DNA of 64,000 nucleotides from assembly GCA_965203295.1 (NCBI GenBank), contig CBDBCZ010000018.1, forward strand, positions 2,272,001-2,336,000, read 5' to 3'. Under the pieces are notes generated by a model. That model saw only the letters and a list, made by a program, of their open reading frames with translations, was not told where the DNA came from and ran no database searches. Origin of the DNA: Nitrospirales bacterium. Its GTDB lineage: Bacteria; Nitrospirota; Nitrospiria; Nitrospirales; UBA8639. Both the position numbers and the translations under genes were made by a program. This document shows positions 11,981 to 24,390 of the stretch, one piece after another (positions within the stretch are counted from its first letter, which is position 1; every line of letters begins with the position of its first letter).

Positions 11981-14758
11981 CAGGGCCGGCGCAAGCGGTA
12001 GGGCCGGTAGGGCTTTGGCCCTACCACTTTTTCGGCAGACGCGTAAAAAAAAGTAGCCCCGCCCTATCAGATTTGATACGCGAGGCTAGCTACACGTGTA
12101 GCGAATCATCGTTCATCATGGCCAGCTGCTCACGATTTACTAATCCATTGCCAGAGCTCCCCTGTTCCCCCCACCAGCCCTCGGATTTTACTTTTCCGAA
12201 GCGTTCTTTCGGCAAGACGGCGATCGTATGGAGGTCTTTCCAGCCCTCGTGGTTTAAACAATGGCCGTTTTTACACTATGACGAGGCAAACGATGTCGCT
12301 TACTGTCACACCTGCGCTACCGGCTTCAAGCAGGGAAAGATGAGGGCCTCTAACGCTGATCCAGCATTTGTAAGTGTATGTAAATAATTCTAGACTGGAG
12401 AAATATCCATGCTACTCTACAATAATGAGCAATTAATAATTAATAAGCCTTAATATAGAGCACCTATGGTCTACGATATAGGTGTCGAAGGGATTCTGCA
12501 ATTGGAAGAATGCAACAACCCTCATACAAAAACATCAGCAGAGTTCCTGCCACCGCGAGGCTGTAGAAGTTGTGATTACGCTGCCAGCAACAACCAAGGA
12601 TGTTGGTGAACAGCTTGTGCAGCAGCATGCCAAAGAAAAGGAATGTAATCGGAAAATGTTGCTGAAGATTTTGTCTAGTATTAGATATCTGGCTCGACAA
12701 GGATTGGCCCTCCGAGGTGACGGAGATGAAGATGATGGAAACTTTCTCCAGCTTCTGAAGTTGAAGGGAGAAGATGATCCAGCAATGCTTGAGTGGCTGA
12801 AACGAAAAGTCAACAAGTATACCTCACATGAGATTCAAAACGACATCATTAAGGTGATGGCCATGCATGTGCTCAGGAATGTTGCAATCTGTTTGCAGCA
12901 ATCTCCATTCCTTACGTTAATGATGGATGAAACCACAGATATTTCCAACAATGAGCAGACAACTGTCGTTGTTCGATGGGTATCTGAGCACCTTGAAGTT
13001 CATGAGGAATTCCTTGGGTTATACCATGTGCCCTCCATCGATGCTGTCACACTGACTGCAGTTGCCAAGGATACTCTGGTTAGGATGAATCTATCCATGT
13101 CTAAGCTACGTGGGCAGTGTTATAATGGGGCCAGCACAATGAGAGGAGCCAGGTCTGGTGTAGCTAAGAGAATCCTTGATGAGGAGCCAAGGGCAGTTTA
13201 CACCCACTGCTACGGGCACTCAATTAATCTTGCAGCCAGTGATGCAGTCAAGCAGACAAAGCTTATGAGGGATGCACTAGACACGACCCATGAGATTACC
13301 AAGTTGATCAAATATTCCCCTCGACGTGAAGCAGTCTTTCGAGAGTTGAAACAAGGGAACGAGATGTCTACTGGAAGCCACTCACCAGGAATACGAGTGC
13401 TATGCCCTACAAGATGGACTGTTCGAGCTGATTCACTAGCCAGCATTGTAAACAACTACGACCTGCTACAGAGGACCTGGGAGGAAGCTCTTGAAATAGC
13501 AAGAGATACTGAGACGAAGGCTAGGATAAATGGGGTGGCCGCCCAGATGAAAGCCTTTGATTTTCTGTTTGGCACCATTCTTGGTGAGATGCTACTGCGC
13601 CACACAGATAACCTGAGCCAAACACTACAGAAGAAAACTATCTCAGCTGCTGAAGGTCAACAGGTGGGGAGAATGGTCGTTGACACCCTTTGTTCCCTCC
13701 GAACCGAGGAATCATACAACTTATTCTGGGAAAAAGCGGCTACAGTTGCAAAGACTGTTGATGTTGGAGAGCCACAGGTACCACGCCAACGCAAGATGCC
13801 AAAGCGCTATGATGATGGCTTGGCAACTGGCACTTTTCATGATTCTCCAAAGCTGTATTATCGCCAGCTATACTATGAGGCAATCGACAACATCATCAAT
13901 GGTTTGAAGAATCGCTTTGAACAGCCTGGGTATAAGGTGTACTGCAACTTAGAGCAGCTTTTGACAAAGGCATGCCAGGGAAAAGACTTTGAAGAGGAGT
14001 TTCAATTCATTTGCTCCTTTTATAAGGATGATTTTCTGCCAGAACTTCTCCGTGCCCAGCTAATCACCTTAGGTGTCGACTTTGAACGTGCTTACAAGGA
14101 AGCACACGGCGCTCAGCATTCAACAACCGAAATTACCATCTTTGATGTTAGAGATTACTTCCAGTCTTTGTCTGTTGGGCAGCGAGACCTTCTTCATCAA
14201 GCTTGCAGAGTTCTACAACTAGTACTAGTGATGCCAGCTACTAATGCAACTTCCGAACGTTCATTCAGTGCACTTCGTAGGGTTAAAGGTTATCTAAGAA
14301 GCACAATGACTCAGCAGAGGTTAAACAATCTGATGGTGTTGCACGTTCATAAGGAGCGTACAGACTCTCTAAATGCAGTCGCTATTGCTAATGAACTTGT
14401 TGGAGACTCAGAGCATAGACTAAGAATGTTTGGCAAATTTCAGTGATATAGCTAACTGTCCTACAGTGTGTATATTGCTTTCAAAGTAGCTAGCTAGTTT
14501 TTAAGTTTTTGTATTGTACTCCTCCTATATCATACATGTACTATTGAGTAGTTTTCAACAAAAGAACGTTGACTGAGTCTGGTTCTAGTTTTGGGCCCAG
14601 AATGGCTGAGAAGTGGTCTCAGAACATAGAATTTTACAAAAATTTCCTGGGGGGGCATGCCCCCAGACCCCCCTAGCATCTGCGTGCTTACGCACGGTTT
14701 TAGTTCAGCTGGGCCAATGCTTGGCCCTACCACTCACTTCTACCTTGCTCCGGGCCTG
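11981..14758 (+). mobile_element. Full-length hAT transposon
   Basis: Imperfect 15-bp TIRs cagggccggcgcaag / cttgctccgggcctg; subterminal ttggccctaccact at both ends; ACACA on both flanks. Confidence 0.93.
12118..14446 (+). CDS. hAT transposase (ZMYM1/Zaphod-like: TTF zinc finger, DUF4371, hAT dimerisation domain), 2 exons, about 738 aa
   Basis: Exons 12118-12369 and 12482-14446 join through a GT-AG intron to give PAF|VSKGFCNWK. Motifs LARQGLALRG, DETTD, QCYNGA, HCYGH, TRW, SERSFS. Confidence 0.93.
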
Positions 14759-14961
14759 ACACACGAGTGGGTGTGGTCTATCTGACTTATACCACGTTGC
14801 GCATGCGTACAATCTTCGCTGCGTAGCAACGTAGCGAACTGATAAAAGTGTGGGTTATGAAACTATGTAACCCATACTTATTAGCCAATCATTTTTATTG
14901 TAGATGATGTAATGTGGTATAATGTCGGTTAGAGCCCTCGTCGGGGTGCACTAACTATTAC

Positions 14962-15192
14962 TTAGAACTCAGAACGTTTACGCCGGAGGGCCTTAACCTT
15001 GACGACTAATGCCAGAGACGCTATGTTTTGCTTTTTTTTGAATTATGTTTTAGTTTGTACCTGAAGAAGGTCTAGATTAGACCGAAACGTCGTACTGTGT
15101 ACTATTATTGATGTTAATTGTTGACTTGGTAATGATGAAGATTGATCCGGAGAACCGCGATTAGCACTCCTCCACGAATTGTACATATCAGT
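14962..15192 (+). mobile_element. PLE inverted pseudo-LTR, right part
   Basis: Resumes as LELRTFTPEGLNLDD* (stop at 15007-15009). 15153-15192 is the exact reverse complement of 6435-6474, upstream of the PLE ORF. Confidence 0.9.
15057..15095 (+). ncRNA. Minimal type I hammerhead ribozyme in the PLE pseudo-LTR
   Basis: gtac CTGAAGA a ggtcta-gat-tagacc GAAAC GTC gtac: CUGAnGA and GAAA cores, 6-bp stem II, 4-bp stem I, palindromic ACGT stem III, GUC cleavage triplet. Confidence 0.9.
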
Positions 15193-15821
15193 GTTTATCT
15201 GTTAGTTAGTCTTGAGTTTTTGTCTTTAAGCAACGTTTCTTGACTGTATTAGAATCTGTTTGCTAGTAGCTTTTGAGAGATTATTTAGGCTATGATTCAC
15301 AACTGTATTAGTGTCTGTTAGTTTAAAAGTTTATGGTTTAGGCCATGTTTCTCGATTGTATTAGTAGTTTGCAGTAAGGCGCAGAAGATGGTAGTGTGCT
15401 GTAGCTCGCAGTAGGATCCCGTAGGGTGCCGTAGGGGGCTGTAGAGTGTAAAAGGTTACAGTATGTTACAATAGGTCGCAGTATATAGGGTTAAATCATC
15501 ACTAAATCCGACAGTAACATCTAAAAAAATATAGTGATAGTGAAAGCGGTTTCTATTCTCCACATTCCAGCTATTTTTTATTCAACATGGTAAGGTTTGC
15601 CATTTTCATATGGTCAAGACCTCGAATATGACAGAGGATGGGTATACGCGGTCTCAGGACACGTGTTTACACTGGAGTGTAGGTACAGAAGAGTTCGTGT
15701 AATTATGCAGCCGTCAGTCATGCCCATCAATGATGCCCACAGCGGCAATTATACACAATGCAAACTCTCCAAGAAATGATAAGCTTTCTAAGAGAGTATC
15801 GAAATTCCGGGGGGAAAAACG

Positions 15822-15894
15822 GGACCCAGCTGGCGATTGAACCCAGGGCCTTCTGAGTACTAATCACATGCTCTTACCACTGAACTACTGGAGC
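15822..15894 (-). pseudogene. tRNA-like sequence (Thr, AGT anticodon) inside a dispersed repeat (about 15755-16040)
   Basis: gctccag tagttcagtggtaagagc atgtga ttagtac tcaga aggcc ctggg ttcaatc gccag ctgggtc followed by a T-run; A and B boxes present; stems mismatched. Confidence 0.7.
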
Positions 15895-18704
15895 CCCTTA
15901 GCAGAGGAGCGGTAGGCAAGTTTCATATAGTCACTAAACCTGCTAGTAGCACTTACCAGCAGGACCCAGCAATTCCAACGGTAATTACTCTCTCATTAGG
16001 CCTCTCCCCTCATCTCCTAAACACAATAAATGTGCTACACCTTTCTCACTTTATAGAACCAGCTGCTCCACCAGGCCAAGCAAGTCTAGAGCCCAAGGCT
16101 TCTATTTTTTTTTAAATGTAGCACAGGGTATGTCTCTGCTACAGTCTTCTAGTTCACTAGGCTGTAGTAGAACACTTGATGCTACACTTTTTACTATATC
16201 TTTCCAATCAAAAAACATTGCCTTCTCTAATCTCTTCCTCACTGCATCATTTTTTAATCACCCACTTTTTGTTTTCACAGTCCAGCCCAATTTCATTCAT
16301 ACTAAACAACAGTATCATTGAAATTAAAAACAATTGACATGTGTGCACCTGATAGTGACCAAAGTGTTTTCTATTCCCCACATAACCTCTTCAACACGGT
16401 ACGGTTCACGATTTTTAATACAGTTAAGAACTCGAATACAACAGAGGGCAGACATACAAAGTCTCAAGAGACGAGGTTCATACTGCAGTGTATGTAGAGA
16501 AGTGTTTGTGTTATCAATCCGGCAATTGGTCACAAACACAGTTTGAATGCGACAAAACAAGCTGTGCAAGTGATGGATGGAGTCCAAAAGTATATCTTCA
16601 GTTCAATCCCTCACAGACTCAGCTAATTCATTTTTCTTGGACTCCATCCACCACTTGCACAGCTTGTTTTGTCTTATGTGATCAACAGTTTTCTTCCTTG
16701 ACACAGTCACCCATCTGGGTCATCTTCTTCCTTACAATCTGAGTGATGCTCCAGATGTTTATCATGGGCTATAATTATGACATGGATAAGAAGGATCTTT
16801 TCCTAAAGTTGGGCCCACTATACTGGCATGCACATTTATATCTGATTTACTGTCTTTGTCTTTATGGTCGGCTCTTTGGCTACTATCCTGTTCTGCTCTT
16901 TACCACATTCCAAAACTTAATAGCCTGTATGATGTCGTGTATCATCGGTCTATTGTGTGCAGCTGTGAAATGTCATATGCTTGTGTATTTCAATCTTCTG
17001 TAAATCTGCCTCCTCCTGTTTTTCATTTAGTGGCTACAACTCTTTGTATAGTTCCTGTCGCTTTGAGTGTTACAATACTCATGTACCATATGTGTGCTTC
17101 GCTGCTGTGCATGGTCACCTTGAAGATTTTAAAGGTATAATTGGAATGTGACTGAGTTTTGTTTTGTGTAGTATTGTTCTCATTTCTATTTACTTACACT
17201 TACTTTACTACACCTGTATTGGCGTGTGTTGTATATATTATACTCATGTCGCTGCCGTAGCGCTTGCACTGTTGTCCATGCACCCAAATCAAAGTTATAC
17301 CTGTCCCGATTAATTAAGAACACTCATTAGGCTGCGCAAGTGGTGCAAGTTCAAACTATCACAGTTAAAATCGACATTACAATCTCCCGCAATGAGAAAG
17401 TGGTCATAATTGTGATGATTATGTTTCTTATCTCTATAGACTCAGAGTACATTAGCAGTTCTTCATTACCATTACTGATCCAGCCAGGAGATACTGAGAA
17501 GGAATACTTATTTGAAATCAAAAAGGTATGCCACTGAAGTCAACATTACATTTTATTTTACTTGCTCATTTGTTGTACATATGATCCGTCATCTCCGATG
17601 CTCTATGTTGTTGAAAGTGCTGCCTGTGGGACACACGTCATGTACATACATGTATCATGGAGTAAGGAAGTATAGTAATTCATATAAAGGGAAGGCTCGG
17701 GGAGAAAATTGCCGCTACATGCAAAATCTTAATATATGTTCAAAATACTGCTCTAGATGTAATCATAAGCCATGCAGTCATTTCTTTAGGCCTAGTTTTT
17801 ATCAGCAGTGGGACTGGTAGCATTGCTAAGAGACCATTGCTGGAGTACCACATTGGCAAGTTGCTATCTATCTTATTTCTTCGCAGAATAATGGCTGATG
17901 AGATTACAATGATTCAGGCACAAAGAAACAGCGTTTTCACTGGGGTATTCCACTTGTACCGTAATGTTTCTAAGATTTCATCAGCAGTGATTCACTATCA
18001 CCCTCAAGTGGACACTTGCCATTTCATGTCATTTTAAGATGAGGATTGCACACATGCAAACTGCCTCCACCACAGTTTTGTATATAAGGAAACAAAGATC
18101 ATTCTGCCTACTCACATCTTCTAGTGTACGTATGTCTCTATAAGTCAGTTATGCAAACTGTACCTTAGATTGCAAACTGTCCATATTCCTTGGCACACAA
18201 AGTCCAAAACAACCATAGGCGCTGGTGTCACAGGGAAAGGAGATTCCCCAGTCAGTCATCTCTAAGTACCCCATATTGGTCTTAGTATGATGAGTCATAC
18301 TGGAGGGGGTGCACACTTTTTTACCCCTGTGACTCTAGACTAGGTCAATGCAGGGCATTTTAGGGTGAGCAAGTGCAAGTGTATGTGCTCAAATGACAGT
18401 TTGAGGAGTCTGTCTTCCAACTACCCTCTCTCTGCTTTGAAGTCTCATGAGATTGTCTCTCCCAGTATCTGTGTAGGTTATATGATGAGGGGATGTAGCT
18501 GCATGATTTATACACTGAGTGCCAGATGCACACGTATTCCTGATAGGTATTTGTTGATTTGTGGTTCAAAGGTTATGCATGCTATTGAGGGAGGGTATAT
18601 ATACAACACAACACAGTCTACATACTCTAAATCACCTCTCTGATGCTGATGTGAAGACAATGCAATGTGGTGTTTGTCACTATCTCCCATTTGTACGTAT
18701 ATCG

Positions 18705-19150
18705 CTGTGTAGCTGAGGTTGTGCTTATTTCACTACACCCTTTTCAATGGGCTTGCTGGTAAAGATACTTTAATTATTTCTTTAGTTGAGGAAAGAGGAA
18801 GAAAAGCTGTTGGGTGAATGTGAGGCAAGATGGCTCCAGCAGAAAGAGGAGGAAGCTATGCTGAAGATGAATACCACATAAAGTATTTACTGTGAGTAGG
18901 CTACTTGATGTTAGTAGACTGTGTCCACCATCACTGCGTAGCTGAAGTTTTGCTCATTTCACTGCACCCTTTTCCATGGACTTGCTGGTAAAGATACTAT
19001 GTTGCACCGAGTGTTTAAATCATTCCTTTAGCCGAGGAAAGAGAAAGAGAAGGACAACATGTTGGGTAAACCTGAAGCAAAACAGCTCGTACAGGAAGAG
19101 GATGAAGCTATGCTGAAGGCAAATCCAGATGAAAACCACAGAATACAAGA
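18705..19150 (+). repeat. Diverged tandem duplication (about 230-bp unit) of an intron plus E/K-rich exon-like segment
   Basis: tagctga.gtt.tgct.atttcact.cacccttt..catgg.cttgctggtaaagatact at about 18710 and 18940, each followed by gaggaaagag...gaagctatgctgaag. Confidence 0.75.
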
Positions 19151-19939
19151 TTTTACTTACCTCTTCCAAGGATTATTAATTAACAGTACCTTTCACAGCA
19201 CCCACTTGTAGGATGCAACGTTCACTAACAGCAAGTGTTAGTGGAAGCTCAAGTATACAAATGAACTGAATTTTTCTGATCAGTATGTTCTCAGAAATAG
19301 GCTGGATGTTTTGCAGATAGAATTACAAGTTGGTGAACTATCAGAAAAGATGGATCGAGTGAGAAAGAGCAAATCAAAAATCTTCATTCCTGAACTTCCA
19401 TTAAAATGGCAGGGCTCATACGTGATGAGTAGTTGCATCCGATGAAGGGTTAGCTGCTGTATTTACACAGTGTGCTTGAGCCCTGCCCTTAAGTTACGGG
19501 ATACTGGTGCGGTTTTATCTTAATCAGTAGTGAATCAACAGTGAATAAAAAGCTGGTAAGTAGAGCCTGGGAACGAGGCTATATGTTTGCAACTATAGGT
19601 CCTAGAGCCACGAACATTTATTCATGGATACTGGTTGTGTACTCAGTACAAAAAGCTTGCCTGTGAGCCCCTCCCTTGTTTAGACAGCGCTAATGGAAGT
19701 TTCGGCTGTTCACAATAATTTTTCTCGCCAAATTCGCTGAAGCCACTGCCATATATACATACATACATACGCACCTTCTGCACATGTTTAGTCTATAGCC
19801 CAGGATAATGTATGCAGATCACTACAAATTAACAACCATACGGCTGCAAATGCCGAAACGCATGGGAGCTGCAAATGCGAAAATTAATGTGAATTTAGTT
19901 AATGCAAGTCTTAGATTGTTCTCTGGAGTTATATATAGC

Positions 19940-20015
19940 AGTTTCCTGGTGTTCCTGATGTTCCTTCTGTTCCTTGCTGTTCCCTGGTGTTCCTGCTGTT
20001 CCCTGTTGTTCCTGA
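19940..20015 (+). repeat. tgttcc(N3-4) short tandem repeat
   Basis: About 8 consecutive tgttcc-based units. Confidence 0.8.
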
Positions 20016-20978
20016 AAGTGTACGAACAAGGGTCGATGTATACATGTAACACTTGATGTTTTTGTTTGATGACCTTTTCCATTTAGCATCACACCTGAAG
20101 GTTGGCTGCAAGTGTTTATCTTGAATGCATTACACCGAACAGAGGTGCAGGTATACTCATACCAGTGTCTACAGTATGTGATGTCCTCATTTGTAGCCGT
20201 GCATAATAACAATTATTATGGTAATGTGCACAGCAATGCTGGTTAGCTATATGGCAGTAATTCTCCATGGAGCTGGTTGAGTAGCTTTGTGCCCAGGCTC
20301 TTGCAAGGGAGGAGTTTACTTTCCACCCCACAAGAGGCTATGTCATTCAGTCTATTTCCAAGCTCTAAATCACGCAGTTATTTTGTGCTGTAAGGGTTGC
20401 TGTGCATATGCTTAAAGGGTGAAGATGGTCGATGTCCGGGCTTGTCATATATAGGGAAGAGGACTAGGGGATGGATTCCTATTGTGCCAAGCCCAATAAA
20501 CACAAGAACTAGGGCTAGACTGAAACATGCGTAGCTAGTTATTTTCTGTTGTACTTTGCATTATCCTTGGCTCTCTGGTGTGTTGTGCTCTTGGGCTAGT
20601 CTCATAGGCCAAAAGTGGCCCGCTGCCCTTATTAGCGAGACATTAAAAGTTTATCTATCTATCTATATGCAACCAAAAACAATAAGGCACGCTAATAGCT
20701 CCTCATGTACAGCTTATTTACAGCCACATGTATAAGATAACATGGGGTAATTCCGGTCAAACTTTAGCATTTGGAAAAGGCAAGGGCATCGCTCCGCCAC
20801 GATTTCAAACTAAATTCTAGAAGCACTCAGTTTTAGACCAATTACATCGCTAGAACTATCCATTTAATTGTGCCTAGGTCTCCGCCCAGAGGAGGTTGGA
20901 AGCGATCACGTGTACGCCAATAAACGCATAATGTCACGTAGCTAATAGCGTTCCATTGAGAAGAATACAGAAGGTATG

Positions 20979-21389
20979 TAGGCATGAGGAAATTATGCTC
21001 AAAACTTACTCCATTATGCTTCTCTTCAATGCTTGCAAACCTAACTAAATTTTTCTTTCAAAGTAATCCCATTATGCTCCATTATGCTCAGCTGCATGAC
21101 TGACATGGACATCACAAACAAGACCAAAAACAGTTAGAATATGCACCAATGCAAATATGGCCAAAGCCATATTATCATTGCTGGTAGTACTACAACATAA
21201 TAAATGTTTCAATATAATCATGCAGACAAATATTCTGCTGGCTTCCAAAAAAAAAACATTTTGTACATGCAAAGGATGGCTGCACAAGGAAGACTAAGAC
21301 CGTATACATTATTTTGGCCTATTATTCCGGAATTATGCTTGACTCTTACGTGAACCTATTATGTTTCCGGCATAATTTCCTCATGCCTA
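20979..21389. mobile_element. hAT-type MITE, 8-bp TSD
   Basis: TIRs taggcatgaggaaattatgc / gcataatttcctcatgccta; TSD aaggtatg on both sides. Confidence 0.92.
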
Positions 21390-21434
21390 AAGGTATGTAG
21401 AGGTTTACGGTATCTGGCTTACAAAACGTTTTGT

Positions 21435-21462
21435 CATAGATAATAGAGCTCTATTATCAATG
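21435..21462. mobile_element. 28-bp CATAGA palindromic insertion, 7-bp TSD gttttgt
   Basis: gttttgt[catagataatagagctctattatcaatg]gttttgt. Confidence 0.85.
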
Positions 21463-21864
21463 GTTTTGTAGTTCTACAACCTTCGAGGGGACAGGTGGGG
21501 ACGCCCCCTCAAAAACTCTGGCTTGCAAGTATGGAGCTGTGCTGCAGAAGATTGCATGGGCTTGAATGCATCGAATTCTCAGTGAGGTTACAAAAATTTC
21601 GTAAAGCTATGCAGGAGCGCATCCCGCTACCATATCATAGCTCAGGAGCGCATCGAGCCGACGAACTACCATATCACCGGCGAACTACCTATGATATGGT
21701 AGCGGTTTAGTTAGGCTATATTATCGGTTTTACCACTCAGATTCAGACTAATTCACTTTGAAAACTACTAAACTTACACAAGATCACTCAAGCAGCAGCT
21801 ATCATTGCTCCTCTCTGCCCGAGACGTTTTCTATACATCATCAGCCGTCATAGCTCGGTCATAG

Positions 21865-21903
21865 CATAGATAATAGAGCACGTAACGTGCTCTATTATCT
21901 ACG
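21865..21903. mobile_element. 39-bp CATAGA palindromic insertion, 7-bp TSD gtcatag
   Basis: gtcatag[catagataatagagcacgtaacgtgctctattatctacg]gtcatag. Confidence 0.85.
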
Positions 21904-22798
21904 GTCATAGCTAATTGCATTCTACTATTAGCGCACGTGATCGCCTGCAACCTCCTCTGGTCTCCGCCTACGAAAAATCAATTCTCCGGGTATTTCCGGT
22001 CAAAGCTAAAACGCGTGTTTGCAGTGCGAGAAGATGTTTTGCGTCAGTTTGGCCTAGTGATTATAGTATTACATCACTAAGCGGTGTGAATATCCGGATA
22101 CTACAACCGTTTAGTGATGCAACCAATCACATCGCCAGTCCAGATCTGGGACTGCTGACGTAATGCTGCCCCAACTTTGAATATGCGGGGAGCCAGGCCC
22201 ACCTTCCGAACGTGGGGCTGAGCGACGGGCTGGGCCCGTGAAACTATTTACTTACATGCAAACTCCAGTGTTCAAAATATATAGTGGTATTTTTTTGTCT
22301 CACCTGAGTGGTCGTCTTGTAGTGTATTGTATGGTACTGCAAACTGTTTTGCTGCACTTCTGAGGCTCATCCCTTCTTGTACTGCCTTGAGGGCTGCCGG
22401 AATGGCCTAAGGGCGATTAGTTTAAGCTTTGTAGGCATGATGGAGGCTGATCATTTCCCGCCAAAGCGCTCCGTTTTTTTTTGGTCATGCACAAATTTTT
22501 GTTAATTAAACTTCCGTGACATCCCACCCGACACTTCAAATGCAGACTCGCCCCGTGGGGTACAGGAAGGGAAACATCAGCCCCCTACCAGCAGTGTAAG
22601 CCTACAATATTTGCTGATATGCCTAAAGGTTCCGAAGTAGTTTAATAGCGATTGTACTTTTGCTACATAGACGCTCGTGAGTAAAGTTGTGTGCTGCCGA
22701 GGTGGGTGGAGCTCAGCCAACTGCAGAGTAGGGCTGAGCCTATCATGCTCAAGAAATACCCTATTATGCTATGCTGCACTGCTCCAAAAATATTCCTA

Positions 22799-24390
22799 CT
22801 AGTTATAATAAAGATCATTGAGGGGGCGAGCCGGAGCGAGGTATAGTGATTATGATATGCTTGGTGGTTGTATAGTTGTCGATTTAATCATTAACAGCAG
22901 CGCTTGAATATTAAATTTAAATGACACAAGTAAGGCCAGGAAGGCCCATAGGATCATGGACATGATATATCAGTTAAGGGACAGACGGTCAGCTCTGGTA
23001 CAATAACTCTGGTTAAAAAAATTGGCTAACAAACAAATAAGGATGGGGTCCCGAGACGACATGATGAGTGAGAACCTATCTAAAGAATCCATTGAATGGG
23101 AAGAGGGATTCAAGATAGAACAGCGCTATCATATTAGTGGTTGTACAGGAAAAACAATTCAGAGTAGGTTCAAAAATCGTTGAAGTTTGTGTGTTGGCAG
23201 AGATAGGTTGATACAACAGTTATTGAAAGACTTGGCATTACTCAGGAAAGGAGCTTCACCATTGCCATTCTCACTCAGAGCCTTTTTCTTTGTAACCTCC
23301 AATAAAGGAAAGTACAGGTACCCTGGAACGGGATTGAAACTTTTACGGGTCCACAAGCAGGGAGTTTCTGTGAGACTTCGAATTATTCAGAAAGTCGACA
23401 AAATATAGCAGCGTCAGAGTCACTAAGCTATTCCACTCCAAATATGAGGTTGAAGAAGCGGTCAGGGTTGCAGGCTAGATCCAGAAGGGCCTCCTTAACA
23501 GAGGGAGGGGCTTCCTTGAGCAGAGCAGCTCAACATTCCTGTAGGGCGGGGCAGAAGGCAACGAATTGGAGGGAATCCTCCAGAGGAACCTCACATAGTT
23601 TACACGAAGGATCGTTGGGGGAGCACCCGTTCCGCCTCTGCCTGAAGCGACTTGCATCCGCCTTTAGACCATCACAACCAGTGAGGAGACGTATGCGGAA
23701 ATTACTATTGCGGGTCTTCTTGGTATTCGTAAGGGTGAGGGCCCAATGGGGGGCAGGCTTCCCAAGAGGGAGGTTGCACGAACCAATCGGAAGGAGTGGA
23801 CAATCCACGCTGAGCGACAAATTTGAATGAAATTGGGAAGTCGCTTGGTAGCAAGCTTCCAACTGTCATGTGTCCGCTGATTGGTATACACCGGGATGCA
23901 ACCAGAAGTCGGGTTACAGCTGACCCGGTGTTCCAGAAGCCTCCGGGGTACGGCAGGAGAGGCTGCGAGAACCAAGGAGATTACACAGAGCAGATAACGG
24001 GCATCTAGTAGGCAATCCTTGGACTGTGCAGAGAATCTTTGAGTGGACTTTCTCCAAAGTAAAGTAGCTCAGTTTTGGTGATAGACCATAGCTCTGACCC
24101 AGATAGGGTGAGGGAGCCACGCGTCAAGCGCCCCTCCTGTGCCATTGGCGAGTCGTTTAATCATCTACGCCCCACCTGCAACCTTCTCTCCCTCTCCTCT
24201 GCAGTTTTCAACCTTCTTTTTTCCCTGTAACGCAACCGATGCCGTTCTAAAGCAAGCTGTCTTCATCTCCGCAAGCCGAAAGTACGAAAGCGTGGTCGGC
24301 CGCTCGAACCATGCACACGTACAAACGTACAAACGCACAGAAATTGGCATTCGGTTCACTAGGATTGGGGCTCGCTCCGGCTCGCCCCAA
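22799..24390 (-). mobile_element. Helitron/Helentron-type non-autonomous element carrying LINE 3' fragments
   Basis: Read on the minus strand: 5' end ttggggcgagccggagcgagccc, 3' ctcgctccggctcgcccc...CTAG; no TSD. Confidence 0.65.
23400..24120 (-). pseudogene. Non-LTR retrotransposon ORF2 C-terminal fragment with zinc knuckle
   Basis: LEKVHSKILCTVQGLPTRCP ... NFRIRLLTGCDGL..DASRFR..DPSCKLC...ED..QF...CPAL in shifted frames. Confidence 0.75.

Larger units (their letters stand above)
11431..14961. mobile_element. Palindromic non-autonomous element (11431-11558 + 14922-14961) holding two tandem Crypton-like units (11555-11861, 11858-14922)
   Basis: Ends agttagtgcaccc / gggtgcactaact; internal hairpins ccgaggcg(c/a)agccgagg; ATAA at all three junctions (11555, 11858, 14919). 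Confidence 0.7.

Noticed and set aside
15822..15894. Functional tRNA-Thr gene
   Set aside because: Mismatches in the acceptor, anticodon and T stems; belongs to a repeat family with truncated copies.
16324..18040. Membrane-protein or other host gene from the short hydrophobic ORFs and exon-like pieces
   Set aside because: No consistent frame or recognisable family; at most a decayed remnant.
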